From Octopus vulgaris (taxonomy: Eukaryota), in contig OX597840.1 of NCBI GenBank assembly GCA_951406725.2, positions 21,886,001 to 21,950,000 on the forward strand: 64,000 nucleotides of DNA. Reading direction: 5' to 3'. Shown piece after piece: positions 1-14,366 of this stretch. How positions within the stretch are numbered: position 1 is the stretch's first letter; each line of letters begins with the position of its first letter. The notes under the pieces were generated by a model. The model worked only from the letters and a program-made list of their open reading frames with translations. It did no database searches and was not told where the DNA came from. A program made the translations under genes and the position numbers.

Positions 1-1181
1 AGTGATGAAGTAGTGAAGGATGACCTCATGGTGCCAAACCTTTTGGGTGAGAGGGCCAAAGGGCCGAGATGCTTGGCACCTTGCTGTACTCAAAGAGACC
101 TGTGCTCCACAGCAGAAGTGTTGAGGCCGGTCCCCCTGGTAAAGAAGATTAGCCTGCAAGAATCTTGTGCTGGTGCCCCATAAGAAACCCCTGTGCAGTG
201 CCACGTAAAACCACCCAGCACACACTGTAAAGTGGTTGGCATTAGGAAGGGCATCCGGCTGTAGAAACCAAGCCAAGTCAAGCTAGAACTTGGTGCAGCT
301 GTCCAGCTTGCCAGCTCTGGTCGAACCATCCAACCCATGCCAGCAAGGAAAACGGACATTCAATGATGATTATGATGATGCAGTGATGGCTGTAGCTGAG
401 GCTATAGTGGAGTGGTATGGTGTTGTAGTGGTCTCAGTGTTGAGACAGCCATGACTTCAGGAAGACACACAGACATACAGCCACAAACAATCTGCCATCC
501 AGTTTAGCATTACTACCACCAGGGGCCTTGTTGGGAGTATTTAGACCTAATGGTTGGGAGTTCTCACAGCAAGTTTCTAGTCAGAGGTCAACTCAATCCC
601 ATGAGGTACAACAAACATGTTTCCCTTTCCACTCGCATCATTGGCATTACCAGTCCCCTTTTAACCCCTTAGCATTTAAACTGGCCATATGGGGTCGAAA
701 TATTTTGCCTGTGTTTTTGTTCACACTGGCTAGATCTGGCCTCTCACACCAACCCTACAATGTCATTCCAAAAACAAACAACCTCATCACCAAAACCTTG
801 AAGCTATGAGATAATCCAGGATTAATTCAAAGCAATCACCATCATCATGATCATCATCATTTAATGTCCATTTTCCATGCTGGCATGGGTTAGACAGTTT
901 GACAGGGGCTGGCAAGGATGGAGAGCTGCACCAGGTTCCATCGTCTGTTTTGGTATGGTTTCTATGACTGGATGCCCTTCCTGACACCAACCACTTTGGA
1001 GTGTACTGGGTGCTTTTTATGTGAAACGAACGCCAGTGTTTTGTACACAGCACCATTGCAAGTGCTTTTGGTGTGAAGCGATGAAATGTGGGAGGAGGTT
1101 GATAGGACAGGTGAATAAATGAGCATTCCATTTGACAGAGTAATCTGAATGCAGAAAACGATGACAGGTACAGAAACTTAC

Positions 1182-1264
1182 CTTCCCAAACGGACAAGAA
1201 CCTCTCCTCTACTCATGTAAGCTTTCACATAATCAGCTCTCATGGTAATGGCAGACTTATACAG
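1182..1264 (-). CDS. TMTC3: TMTC3 coding exon 13 ([27 protein letters not shown])
   Basis: ctctag| and |gtaagt; resembles the [21 protein letters not shown] segment of TMTC3. Confidence 0.93.
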
Positions 1265-4200
1265 CTAGAGAAATAAAAATGAAGGTTAAAATATAGGATG
1301 AGAGAAATGGAAAGGAGGGTTAAAATATAGGATTAGGGATGTAGATGAAAAGATTAAAGAAACAAAAGTGGAGGTGAAAATATCAGGCAACGATGTATTT
1401 AACAGCAGTTTCCTATTTGAAGCTGTACATGGCTGTGGTACGTCCACAGAGTTTGCATCACCAGTCTGAAACCCTTATCTTGCTCAGCATATCGATCTCC
1501 TGGAAACTGTTTAGAAATGTGCAACCAGATGAATACCTGCTGTCAGGCATCGACCATAACCTGAACATCTTGTTTCCCTGGGCATGGACACATTAAAGCT
1601 CCAATGTCTGGCAAATGATTTGGTAAATACCCACAAAATTATCCACCATCTTTCCAACAACAACCTTGGGCATCTTTTTCAACTCCATATGTTTGACACT
1701 CATGGACAGGTTTACAAAATAAAAAAAAAATAACACAACACCCATCACTATTGGAAACATTTTTTTCACACTCCGAATTTCTGAAGCATGGAATAAACCA
1801 CCCACATCAGTTGTTAGCTGTTGAGACACCACATCCTTCAAAAAGCTTCCTGAAATCTCCCAACAACATACCTTATTTTCTCCCCACCTTTTTTTTTATT
1901 AAAACAACTCATTCACTGTTCACTTCCTGTGCATTATTCTATATACTGTTTGTGCACTTTTGGATACTTTTTCTGAGGAGTTGCAGTGCAGCCCCTGAGC
2001 ACTGGATACAATAGTTTCACTATATTATATTACTAGCTTAAAAGTCGCACTCCATGCAGACTTTTCAGCTGACTTCTATGGAGGAGCCAACTGGGCCAGC
2101 AGCCCAAAACGAAAGAGAGCAAAACAGTATCACTATAATATGTTTGTAATCACAAAATGCCTCAGGGGATGTTTGATGAGAGGTTAATAAGGACGGATGG
2201 GAATTAATTCTGTAATGAAATCATTCTATTGTTCCAGTTGCAAGTTCAATCCCAACTGTTGGCCAATTTGTCCCAAAGTTCTTATCACGATGTAAAATTA
2301 ACGAAGTGAATGTCATTTATCTCTCCCCTCATCTCTGATGTCATCTGACAAATGCCAACCAAGATTTACCTGCTAGAAATAGCAACCCAAATGCTTTTAA
2401 ATCAGGTCCCAATGCTGGATGTTCAAGAACCGAATGAAGAACAGATTTTCAATCCTGGAATCCTCATGATTCCAAAAAGGTATAAAATGTCTATGTAGAG
2501 CACATGTAGACTGAGACACAGGGGTCACAGACGGACAGACAGAATTTTGCTTTTATTAATATAGATATTCATTGTATAATATATAGAAGGAAGGGTTTTA
2601 AACAAAATATAAAACTAAGGGAAGAAAATGTTACAAATATGATTCAACTTACTTTTTCAGCTTCTTTCAATCGTGATTCGTTTTTAGAAATAAGTGAAGC
2701 AAGGTTTAAGAATGCATTAAGATGGCTTGGGGCCACTCGAGCTGTGTAACTTTTACCTGGGGTTAGAAAAAGTGAAGTTTTGTTTTGGTAAGAACTTTTA
2801 AGAATATGTTTAAGAGAATATGTTAAGATTTGACTGAACACTGGATCCACCAGGGACAGTAAAAGATAAAAGACTTTAAAGATGACCCCTACCTTGAATA
2901 ACAGGTGGGAAGAGATCAATGGCCGTCTGAAAGGCTTTCTCTGCTTCCTTTGACATATTCAGGTGTTGATATGTCCTCCCAACGTTGATGTGGGCGCCAA
3001 TGTCGTCAGGCTGAACTCTGCAAGTACAGAATGATATTCACCATCAGTGGAAATGCTACCATCATTGTAATCATCATCATCATCATCACACACATCATCA
3101 TTTAACATCTGTTGTCCATGCTGGCATGGGTTGGATGGTTTGACCAGGGTTGGCAAGCTGAGGGGCTGCATCAGACTCCAGTCTGATTTGGCCTGGTTTC
3201 TACGGCTGGATGCCCTTCCTAACACCAACCAGTCTGAGAGTGTAATGGGTGCTTTCACCTGTCACCAGCACAGGTGCCACTTGTGTGACACCAATATGTG
3301 CCACAGCAGCGACTCTACTTGGTTTGATGGATCTTCTTCTCAAGCACAGCAAATCATCAAAAGAGCAGAATCCTTATTTTCATCTGCTGCCACCACCATC
3401 ATCATTCAAATGCTCCACTTTTCCATGTTTGCATGGGTTGGATGGAATTTGTTGATGCAAATTTTCTACACCTGGATGCCCTTCCTGTCACCAACCTTCA
3501 CCACCTGTGGCCAAGCAAGGCAACATTCCCCCAGACATATTCTCACAGAATATTGGAAACAAAGGATACTCATTGCTTTACAGCCATCACCTCATGTGAA
3601 GGAGACACAAACACACACACACGAATGTATACGTGTACACTCAGACACACACGTTTATATTATTCATTTATTTGTTCTTGTCATTTCACTGCAGCCATGC
3701 TGGAGCACTGTCTTAAAGGGGTTTTTAGTCAAAGAAATCGATTCCAGGATTTATTCTTTGTAAGCCAAGTACTCGTTCTATCAGTTTCTTTTGCCGAACT
3801 GCTAAGTTACAGGGATGTAAACACACTAACATCAGTTGTCAAGCAATGGTGGGCAACAGACACAGACACACACATATATACGATGGGCTTCTTTCAGTTT
3901 TCATCTACCAAATCCACTCATAAAGCTTTGGTTAGCCTGAAGCTATAGTAGAAGGCACTTGTCCAAGGTGCCATACAGTAGGACTGAACCGAAACTATGT
4001 GGTTCAGAAACTAGCTTCTTACCACACACCTATGCCTGTGCTCGCATGTATGCACTTGCCACGTAAAAATCACCCAGTACACTCTGTAAGGTGGTTAGCA
4101 TTAGGAAGAGCATCTAGCCACAGAAACCACGTCAGACAACAGGGGAGCAAGTGCAGCCCCAGTCAAACCATCCAACCCATGTCAGCATGGAAAATGGACA

Positions 4201-4584
4201 TTAAATGATGATGACTAAGAGTAAAGGCTAAAGACCCCCTTCAGGAATGACCATGCGATTGCACCTAGAAAGTTACCCTCCGGGGCACAAGTCTGGGCAA
4301 AGTTGTTTATGTATGACCAGCAGTCGTCCCTGCATACCAGCCTCTCCTCCTCATGGCACTGATGTTATCCAAGGGAAAGGCGAAGGGGCCGAAACAGCTT
4401 GGCACCAGTGACATTGCAACTCATTTCAACAGATAAGTGAACTGGAGCAACGTGAAATGAAGAGTCTTGCTCAAGAACATACGGCACACAGCCTGGTCCA
4501 AGAATTGAACTCACTACCTCATGATAGTGAGCCCAACACTCTAACCACTGATCCATGCACCTTCACTGATGATGATATGTTGTG

Positions 4585-4618
<34 letters not shown>

Positions 4619-7600
4619 TAAGAGTGGTGCATGAAAACTGTCATTTCTGCTTCTCACATAAGATTGTCTGTGCAAATAAAACTCCCCAAAAAACCATTCC
4701 ATTCCCAGCAAACTCTATGTCCTGTAGTTCTAAGCTCTTGGAGTCACAGAATAAAACTCTCTTTTCAAATGGGAAAAGGCTGGTGACAAAAAGAGCATCA
4801 AACTATGAAAAATAATGGCACAAATATAATATGTCGCTGTCTAATAAAAGCCAGCAGAGATCCCCGCTGCCCCACACAATCCGAATGCCTGAATGAAGAA
4901 ACCTATTAAATACCATGGAAGAGTTTAGTTTCAGACTTACTTTGCAGCAAAAGTGAAATACTCAAGAGCTTCCGACCAGTTTGATGTTTTTTCCAAAGCA
5001 TGGCCGATATTATTGAACAGTTTGGCATTTCTCTGGTTGACCTTCACTGCAGATTTAAATAAAATATACTCAGATTGCCTGGAAAAAAAGAAAAAAATAG
5101 AACCAGAACATTCAATTAGCCCCTTTTCATAGCAACCCACTAAAACCTGACCCTGTTTCCGTGATAGACAACCATTCATTTTTAAAATGGTCGTTTTTAA
5201 CTTTAAACCTTCAATCATAATTTTGAGATTAAAAAAAAGCCATAAGCCTTTAGGATCTAAACCAGTCAGTCCAGCCAAAAGGTTTGTCCTGTTTTATGTT
5301 CAAATCTGCCAGATCCAGCCTCTCACACAGAACCTACAATGTTAGTCTAAAAAATATACAACAGTCACTTAATCAAAATCTGAAAGCTTTGAGATAATGC
5401 AGGATTAATTGAAAACAATGTGAATAAATAAGGATTTCATTTGAGAGAGGAATCAGAATGGCTAAAAGGGTTAAACGACTGCTTTGATAATTGCTAAAAT
5501 GATGTAAAGAACATGTTTGATTGTTATCAGCTGTGATGAGAGAAGACCTGATGCTGCAAGAACAGACCTGAGAGGAAACTCTCCTCTAAGTCTTGTATAA
5601 ATTCAGATTTTGTTTTGGACTGAATCATCATTAGATTGTAGAACATGGGTGTTTCTGCAAATTCCACTTGATCAACAATGAAAACGGTTTCAGTCACTCG
5701 CAGCCCAGGAAGTATCATGTTAAATTGATGAAAACAGCTGATGGAATGTTTGCTGGTTTGCAAATTGCTTGGTCAAACTGGAATTAAATGGTTTACATTG
5801 CACAAAGTAGCTTTCAATAAAATATTTTTGTGTAAAGCCATGTTTAGCACATTTAATTATAATCGAACATGCAGGAATAGAGCTGAGACCAATTTGCACA
5901 GCAGCAAACCTTCTGTCTGTTGTTTCCAAAAGTATAACCCTATAAAGGTACCAGGCTGGGGGTGACTGAGTTTTTGCAGCTGATGACAAAATGTGGTGGC
6001 AAAAATGTTGAAAGGTTGATAACTTACCAATCAAAATTTCTGATAATTGTTTTCAAGCCATGAACTGTTAATAAAAACACCATCAAACCCCACAGTACCA
6101 TCTTCAAGGTCCTGGAAACAAAACCGAAAAACAATTAGTTAATAAAATTACTGTTTTTAATTGCTTATTTTGTTATATTTCAGGATGGTCATTTAAAAAA
6201 AATTTTTTGCCAAATAAACACATGCATTATACAGTTGTTCTTCACCTCAGCTTTATTATTATTATTTTAGTGTCCTTTGTCTGAAATCTTTGTCACACCT
6301 CCTGTGACCTCTACACCAACTCTCCATTCCATGTGTCTCCTCCTGTCCTGTTTAGTTCATTGTCTTCCTATGGAGTGTATCCTTACCCACACCACAGAAA
6401 CACAGAATGGACAACAAAAAAGAGAACCAGAGGAGACTAAACATTTTATCTGGCATGCTAATGATTCTGCCAGTTCACTGCCTTAATATATTATGATAAT
6501 AATAATAATAATAATAATAGTCCACTCTGCTGAGTGGTTGGTGTAAGGAAGGGCATCCAGCTGTCAAAATCCTGCCAAAACAGTCACAGAAGTCCGGTGC
6601 AGGCTTTGGCCTGGCCAGCCCTTGCGGCACCGTAATGGAACACGGACATTAAATGACGATGATGAAAAGGAAAATGCAAGACTCACTTGTTGGTGTGTTG
6701 AATCAAGAGTTCAAACCCTAGGGCAACAAGAATGCAGAATCCCATACTAGGGGTGTAGAGGACCCTCTCAGCGACAACAAATCCAACTGGGAAGAAAAGG
6801 TTTGAGGCCGGAACAAATGGCAGAACGAGTAAAGTGAGACTCTGGGGAAGAAGAAGAAGAAGAAGAGGTTTTAGGGTCATTGAAACAATTGTGTTTGTGT
6901 GTGTGTGTGTGAGCATGTAGGGTAAGTGACAGGTGTATGTATATAGTGTATAAGTGTGGTGTATGGTATGTGTGTGAGGAAATGGTGTGTAGAATGTATA
7001 AGTATGATGAATGGTATGTGCATATACGGTATGCATGTAGTATGTGCGAGAGTATGATGTATGGTATGTGTGTGTATATACTGTGTGTGTGTGGTGTATA
7101 ATGTGTATGTGTGTGTGTGTGTGTGCGAGGATGGTGGATGTTTATCACGGGAATCTAGCATCTGTGTATATGATGTCTGTTGAGAGGAATTTGTGAAGCG
7201 AAGTGGCTCAGTGGACAGTTGCATTTGGCTCAGTGGTCAGTTGTAAGGTGGTGAGTTGTGTCCTTGAGAAGGGCATTTTATTTCTCATTGCTCCGGTCCA
7301 CTCAGTGAGAGAAAGGATGCCTCAAATGGACAAAGCAAATGTCTGGGTGTGTGTGTGTTGGAGAGGAGAACAGTTTAGAATGGGTTTTGTGTAAATAGAG
7401 CAAGTGAGAACATCTGTGAGAAGGTGAAGCAAGTTGTACAGGAGAAGAGGATGAGGCTACAGTCTCTATGAGAGGAGGAGTAAGGTACAATGTGAGAGGA
7501 GGAGAAAGTAACAATGTATGTGAAGGGAGGAGTAAGTTACAATGTGAGAGGAGGAGAAAGTAACAATGTATGTGAAGGGAGGAGTAAGTTACAATGTGAG

Positions 7601-10600
7601 AGGAGGAGAAAGTACAATGTATGTGAAGGGAGGAGTAAGTTATGGTGTGCATGGGAGGAGCAAGTTAATGTATGTTAGAAGACAAGTCAGTTATGTGTGT
7701 GAGGGGGAGTAAGTTAGAAAGTATGAGGGGAGTGGAGAGAGCAAGTATGGAAAGGTGTAAAAGATAGAGAGGGGGAGAGGAAGGTAAATAAAGAGCAGGA
7801 AAAGGAGAGCGTCAAGTGTTGCTGTAGTCTACGTACCATGATGATGGCTCTTGCCCGCGGCCCTTGTTTGGTCAGTGCAAAGGCAACAAACTTGAAGAGC
7901 ACAATATAGAAGATCAGTGTAGAGAGATTACGGAGGTCAAGGAAGGAGTGCACAAGCGGTACAGTGCCCATTGTCCAATCACAGCACAGCCACGACGGAC
8001 AGAGCAACAGCCATTGGTTGAGCGCTAGCAAATAGTTGAAAGTTAGTTGTCGGCTCGGTGTGTAGGACACTGAAGCTGGATTGTCGAATCTGAAAGGAAA
8101 ACAGAAATCATCATCATCATCATCATTATTATTATGATAAAGCAGTGAGCTGGCAGAATCGTTAGCATCCCGGATGAAATACTTAGCGGTATTTCATCTG
8201 TTGCTACATTCTGAGTTCAAATTCCACCAAGGTCAACTTTGCCTTTCACTTTTTCCGGGTCGATAAATTAAGTACCAGTGAAATATTAGGGTCAACGTAA
8301 TTGACTACAGTGGGTGGAGAATTGTGTTGGTATCTTTTATCTTTTACTGGTTTCAATCATTAGACTGCGGCCATGCTGGGGCACCACTTCAAAGAATTTT
8401 TTGTCAAATGTATCAATCCCAGCACTTATATTTTATAAGCCTGGTACGTATTCTATCAGTCTTTTTTATCAAACCACTAAGTTAAGGAGGTGTGAACACA
8501 CAAGCACTGGTCAAGTGGTGGTAAACTACAAAAAGAAAAGGAAAACAAAACAAACTTGCAGTTTTATCTTTGTTTTTCTGTATTATTTTGGGGTTATGGT
8601 CGCTTCTTCAGAACATTTGGGAAAGTCACTGCTCTCATGTATGTGTCCTATATGACTGTGTGTGTGTGTATACATACGCTTGTACCCATTCGTGCATGCA
8701 TGTATGTGTGTGTATATATGTATATGTAATGTATGTATGTATGTGTGTGTATGCATGAATGTATGTGTCCATTTGTATGTGTATACATACATGTGTGTAT
8801 GTTAAAGCCTATGTGAGTGAAGAACCAAATCACAGAAGGCTACAGGGAAGCAGGCCTTGATGGAATTTGGTGTAAAAAAAATGGAAAACTTACTTTGTGA
8901 ACACCGGGAGTTCTGCACCCATAATCTTTATCCTGGCCAGCAATAGGAACAACGTGGAACCAACTAAGAAAGTTCCTCGCAAAACTGAAGTTCTCAACCA
9001 AGCTGGGAAAGAGATTTTGCCTTTGCAAATATTGGCAAAGTCCTTGAGAATACCCTGTGGCGTTATCTGGAAAGACATGAGAGAGAAAAATCATCCTAAC
9101 ACGTGTACGGGGAAGATGCATTGCCATCATCATGTCTACACTTCTCTGCTGAGTGAAACACTTGGAAGTATTTTGTCTGTCTTTATATTCTGAGTCTAAG
9201 TTCTTGCAGGGTTGGCTTTGCCTTTCGTTGTTTTCAGGTCAATAAAATAAGTACCAACTGAGGGCTGGGGTTGATGTAATTTCCCCCGAAATTACTAGCC
9301 TTGTGCTAGAATTTGAAACCCTCATCAGGTAGCAAGCTGGCGGAATTGTTAAGCATGCCAGTCAAAATGCTTGGAGGCATTTTGTTGGTCTTCAGTCTCT
9401 GAGTTCAAATTCTTCTGAGGCCAACTTTACCTTTCATCCTTTAGGGGTCAATAAAATCAACTCCCCCTACAGCTACAAATTTAAAAACAACAACAACTAC
9501 TACAACTACAACACCCGAAGGGGGTCTTTTTAGAAGGTAGCTGCAGTTGAAGTAATCCGAGGTAGAATTGGGAATGGTGGGTGGTGAGAGGTAGTTGTGG
9601 CCGACGATTTAGAGCAGTGATTCTCAACTGGGGTCATTATGGCCCTCAGGGGATTCGTATGGCCCTTGCAGGTTCACATAAGATTCTGTTGTTAAAATTC
9701 ATTTGCAATAAGTTGGTTATGCTTCTACAATACACAAAATATTTTATCAATTTTTTTTATATAATTCCTTTTAATATTTAATTATAAAAAATCTAATGAA
9801 ATTTTTTATAACTTCAAATGGCTTCAGGAGTGCATCCTAATAAAATAGGAATTGGTCCATAGGCAAAAAGTGGTTGAGAATCACAGTTTTAATCCTTTAG
9901 CATTTAAACGTGCCACATCCAGACAAAACAATTTGCTTGTTTTATCTTCAAACTGGCCATATCTGGCCTCTCACACTTACCCTACAATACCATTCTAAAA
10001 ATAAACAATTGCATCATTGAAATCTTGTAGCTATGAGATAAAACTTGATTAATAAAAAACTGTGAATGAATAAGCTTTACAACTGACAGAGAAATCTGGA
10101 AGCTGAAGGGTCAAAGCAAACGAGACTTGTGAAGTTAGGGTCTATCTATATGCGTGTGGTAATGTTTGACTCTGTGTGTGTGTGTGTGTGTGTGTGAATG
10201 TGTGTTTGTGCACGTATGTTACCTTTTGGGCGATGACAATTTCATAGACACAGCACACACCAACCACTGTGATACCTTGTTCCTTGGACAACATGGCAGC
10301 CACCACAAAGAGGAGAGTCAACAACAGAAACCACCAATCTGAAGAAAAACATAACAAAAAGCCATTAAAAAAAAACGTACACAGCAGCTGGGGACGAGGG
10401 TAGAAGGTTGGCTACAAACCACAGAGCTGTTAGTTCAAATCTGGTTATGGTAGCTGGCATTTGGGGGTTATGATGACAAAGGTTTCAACTGATCCAATAT
10501 TAGAAAGGATTATTATTATTATTATTATTATTATTCCGCCAAGGTTGACTTTGCCTTTCATCCTTTCAGGGTCGTTGAAATGAGTACCAGTTATACACTA

Positions 10601-13600
10601 GGGTCGATGTAATTGACTCATCCCCTACCCCAAAATTGCTGTCCCTGGGGCAAAATTTGAAACTATCATTATTATTATTATTAAGAGTCGTTAACATACT
10701 GGGTCATTAACTGGCAGAGTCATTAGCATGCTGGGCAAAATGCTTAGCAGCATTTTCTCTGTTCTTATGTTCTGAGTTCAAATTCCACAGAGGTCAACTT
10801 TGTCTTTCATCCTTTTGGATGAAAGCCTGCTCATCATCGCTCATCCTCTTTCTCCATATTTTTTTAGTAAATGCAGGAATTGGGTAGAAACCCCAGGCTT
10901 TTTGGGGGTTTACATTACATAACACAGGTTTTCAATAGGTCAACCATTTGTTCAATGAATTTATAAGGGTGACACTTGCTGACTGTGGACGGCTGAGACT
11001 TTCCATCATTCCCAGCAAAATAAGCCATGAGTTTCCATCACATAATAACAGAAATAATAATAACTATTATTGTCAAGAAGAAGAAGAAGAATGAATTACA
11101 AAAAAAAGAAATAAAGAGTAAAAACAAAATCGCTGGCCACTTACTGGTTCGAGAAGGATGTTTTGAAGCTTTGGCATAAACCAACAATGCTGCGAGGAAA
11201 AAACATGCTGACAGACTTTCAGCTCGTCCCACAACTCCTGTGACCTACAAGTGGAATTGAAACCAAGATCTTGTAAGTAAAAAAAAATAAAGGGTAAAGA
11301 CCTTGCCTCAGTCACGAATGACCATGGGATTGCACCTAGAAGGTTCCCCTCCAAGGCACAAGTCCAGGCAAGGTCATTTTATGGAAGGTCAGCAGTCACC
11401 CATACATACCAACCTCCTCCCCCCTCCACACCACAAATGTTATCCAAGGGAAAGGCAAAGGGGCTGATACAGCTTGGTACCTGTGACACCACAACTCATT
11501 TCTACAGCTAAATGAACTGGAGCAATGTGAAATAAAGTATCTTGCTCAAGAACACAATACACAGCCCGGTCCAAGAATTGAACTCACAGCCTCATGATTG
11601 TGAGCCTGACATACTAACCACTGAACCACACACACAGAGGGTGCGATGGGTAAATTGTCACCATTTTATATGCTTAATTCTCTGCATGCGCATTGTTTGT
11701 TTTTGATTTTGTTGACTACACAGTATAGTAGGGTCAGTTGGGCACCGTCTGTGAGAAAAACAGCACCATGAGGCAATTCACTTTGCCAGAAATTTGAGAA
11801 TGACATGCTGTACTGCCTGGCATTTGCACCAGAAGTTCCAATACGAACATTTCAAGATGTTTAGGTGACAATCTGAGAACAGTGCAGAGGATTCGGAAAG
11901 AGATGGAGGAGTCTAATGGGGATTACGAAGGTACGGCAGCTTGGAAAACTCACTTTGATTTTTCTGATAAGAAAAGAACTGAATTTGTTGGTAAGATCCA
12001 GGCCATGATTGACAACGATCCCTCCAATCAGGTTCATCGCCAAGGTCAGTGGAGTGTCTGAGTTTCTTATCGGGCAGGTAGTTCATGAAGACATTCAGCA
12101 TTCCTCATACAAAATGAGAAAGGACCAATTTTTATCCCAAGCCATGAAGGTCAAGAGGAAAAACTGCGCCATGAAGCTTTTGAACAAACTCAAGCTTTCC
12201 TTCCAACTGAACCTGCTCTGTTTTGTCTCAGATGAGAAATAGTTTTGCCAGGATCAGATGGTGAACACACAGAACAACTGTTGGCCTGTTGTGTCCCCAA
12301 AATATGTACTGAAAGTGATAAAAATCAAACATCCAGTCAACATCATGTTATGTTCCCATTCATCTTCCCACACGGGAATAACTCTTTACTTCGGCTCAGA
12401 AAGGACCAAGATCTTGAAAATTTTACAGTTCCAGAACAAATTACCACAAAGCATTTGGTGCAACTCTGCTGCAAGAATTCTGCAGGTGTGCAGTTCTAAT
12501 CGAGAACGAAACAAGATCAATTTAATCTGTTCTACTTACTGCTTCTGTGTGTATTGGGTGTAAGGCGAAGAGGACAGCAGCGAGAAGAGCAGTGAAATGA
12601 TGCAGGAACAAACAGCAGACTCTGTGGACAAAATAGAGAGAATTTAAGACGACAGAGGAGAATGATGGTAAAAGGAGGCAGATCATTGATCTTTAGGCTT
12701 TAAACTTATTTTTTGCAACCTTTTCAATAGTCTTGACTCTGTCTGTTATTCACACTGCGTTCCTTTTTGTTTGTGCGCGTGTATGTGGGTCAGTGTGTGT
12801 GTGTGTGTGTGGCTGTGCATGCATGTACGTATGTGTGTGTGTATGTATGTATCCATATGTATATATTTATGTGTGTGCATCTGTATGTATGTATTCTGCA
12901 TATTTATGTGCTTGCTCTCCCCAGACACAACAGAATATGCTTCAACACATGAACTCATATAAAGAATCTTGCAAACCAAATCCAAAAACGAAATAAATAT
13001 TATTAGGATTTGCATTAAAAAAAAATTGTTAAAATATTTTGTGTATTGTCGAAGTATGAGCAATTTATTGCACATAAGTTCTAACCACAAAACCTTATGT
13101 GGATCCCAAAGTGTCACAGGGCCCCTTGTTGAGGACCACTAGTCTAACCTCATCAAAAACTTGAATCAGCTGAGATTGTTGGAATTGTCTCCCTTGCCGA
13201 AACTATTTAATTCCTAGTCTCCATATTAAATTCAGTTAAAGTCTCTGACTGGCTTCATGAGTCACTGCTGATCTCACGTTTGTAGGAACAATCAATTAGA
13301 AGACAACCCGTCAGTGATGGTCAGACTCCACTAATGAATAGACAAGCACCATATAAGTGTGTGTGTGTGTGTAAGCGTGTCTTGTCTTATCACATGATGG
13401 TTGTAAACAAGCATCAGTGTCCTACGAAACCCACTCATAAGGCTTTGGCTAGCCCGGGGCTATAGTGGAAGACACTTGCTCCAGCTGGGACTGAACACAA
13501 AACTTTGTAGTTGCGTAGTAAACATTTCAACCACTTGAGATGCATAAGATAAATTTAATCTAATTACTTCACGGAAATCTATAAACAACAGAGCAACTGT

Positions 13601-14312
13601 TCACAAAAACAAAGAAAGAAATATGGCATAAAACATAAAAAGAAAACGCCTGGCCTCACCTCATTAGTAATACACTGACAACTGCATGTAGTACGATGTT
13701 GACCAAATGATAGGACATTGGGTTGAGGGCAGTCAGTGCATAATTCAGCCGAAAGGTCAGAACGCATAATGGTCGGTAAGACTTGTGGCTGTCTTCCTAT
13801 AAAGAATAAAGATAAGATCAGTCATAATATCAGGACTTCACTGTTTGTTGGTGTCTACAATAATAAAGACAACTACTTATTAATTGGTCAGGAATAAGTT
13901 TTATTAAAGAAAGCAATTATTAATGTCTACTCAGACTCTCTAGAAAATTCTTATCAATTTTAATATATAGTGTATCCATAAATTACCTTTACAATTTTTA
14001 AAAATCAGAAAGGAAAAAGGAAAGCAAGGCTAACTTAGCAGAGATTATTGGGAAACAAAAGCAAGTGTGATTACTAAAAATAATAAGTGACAGACTAATG
14101 GCAATCTACATGTGACTGAATTATATAGTAAACGGAAAGAGTATGAGGGGGTGCTGAAAAATTCTTGGCTTTAAGGGTATCACAAAAGGCTGGTTGGAGG
14201 CCCAACTTTCCCAGTTCTTTTACAGGGCTTAGTAAAACTGAAGGACTGATGCAATAATTGTGTGAATTTGAGTGGATTTGGTTGACAGAAACTGAAAGAA
14301 GTGTTGTGTGTG

Positions 14313-14366
<54 letters not shown>
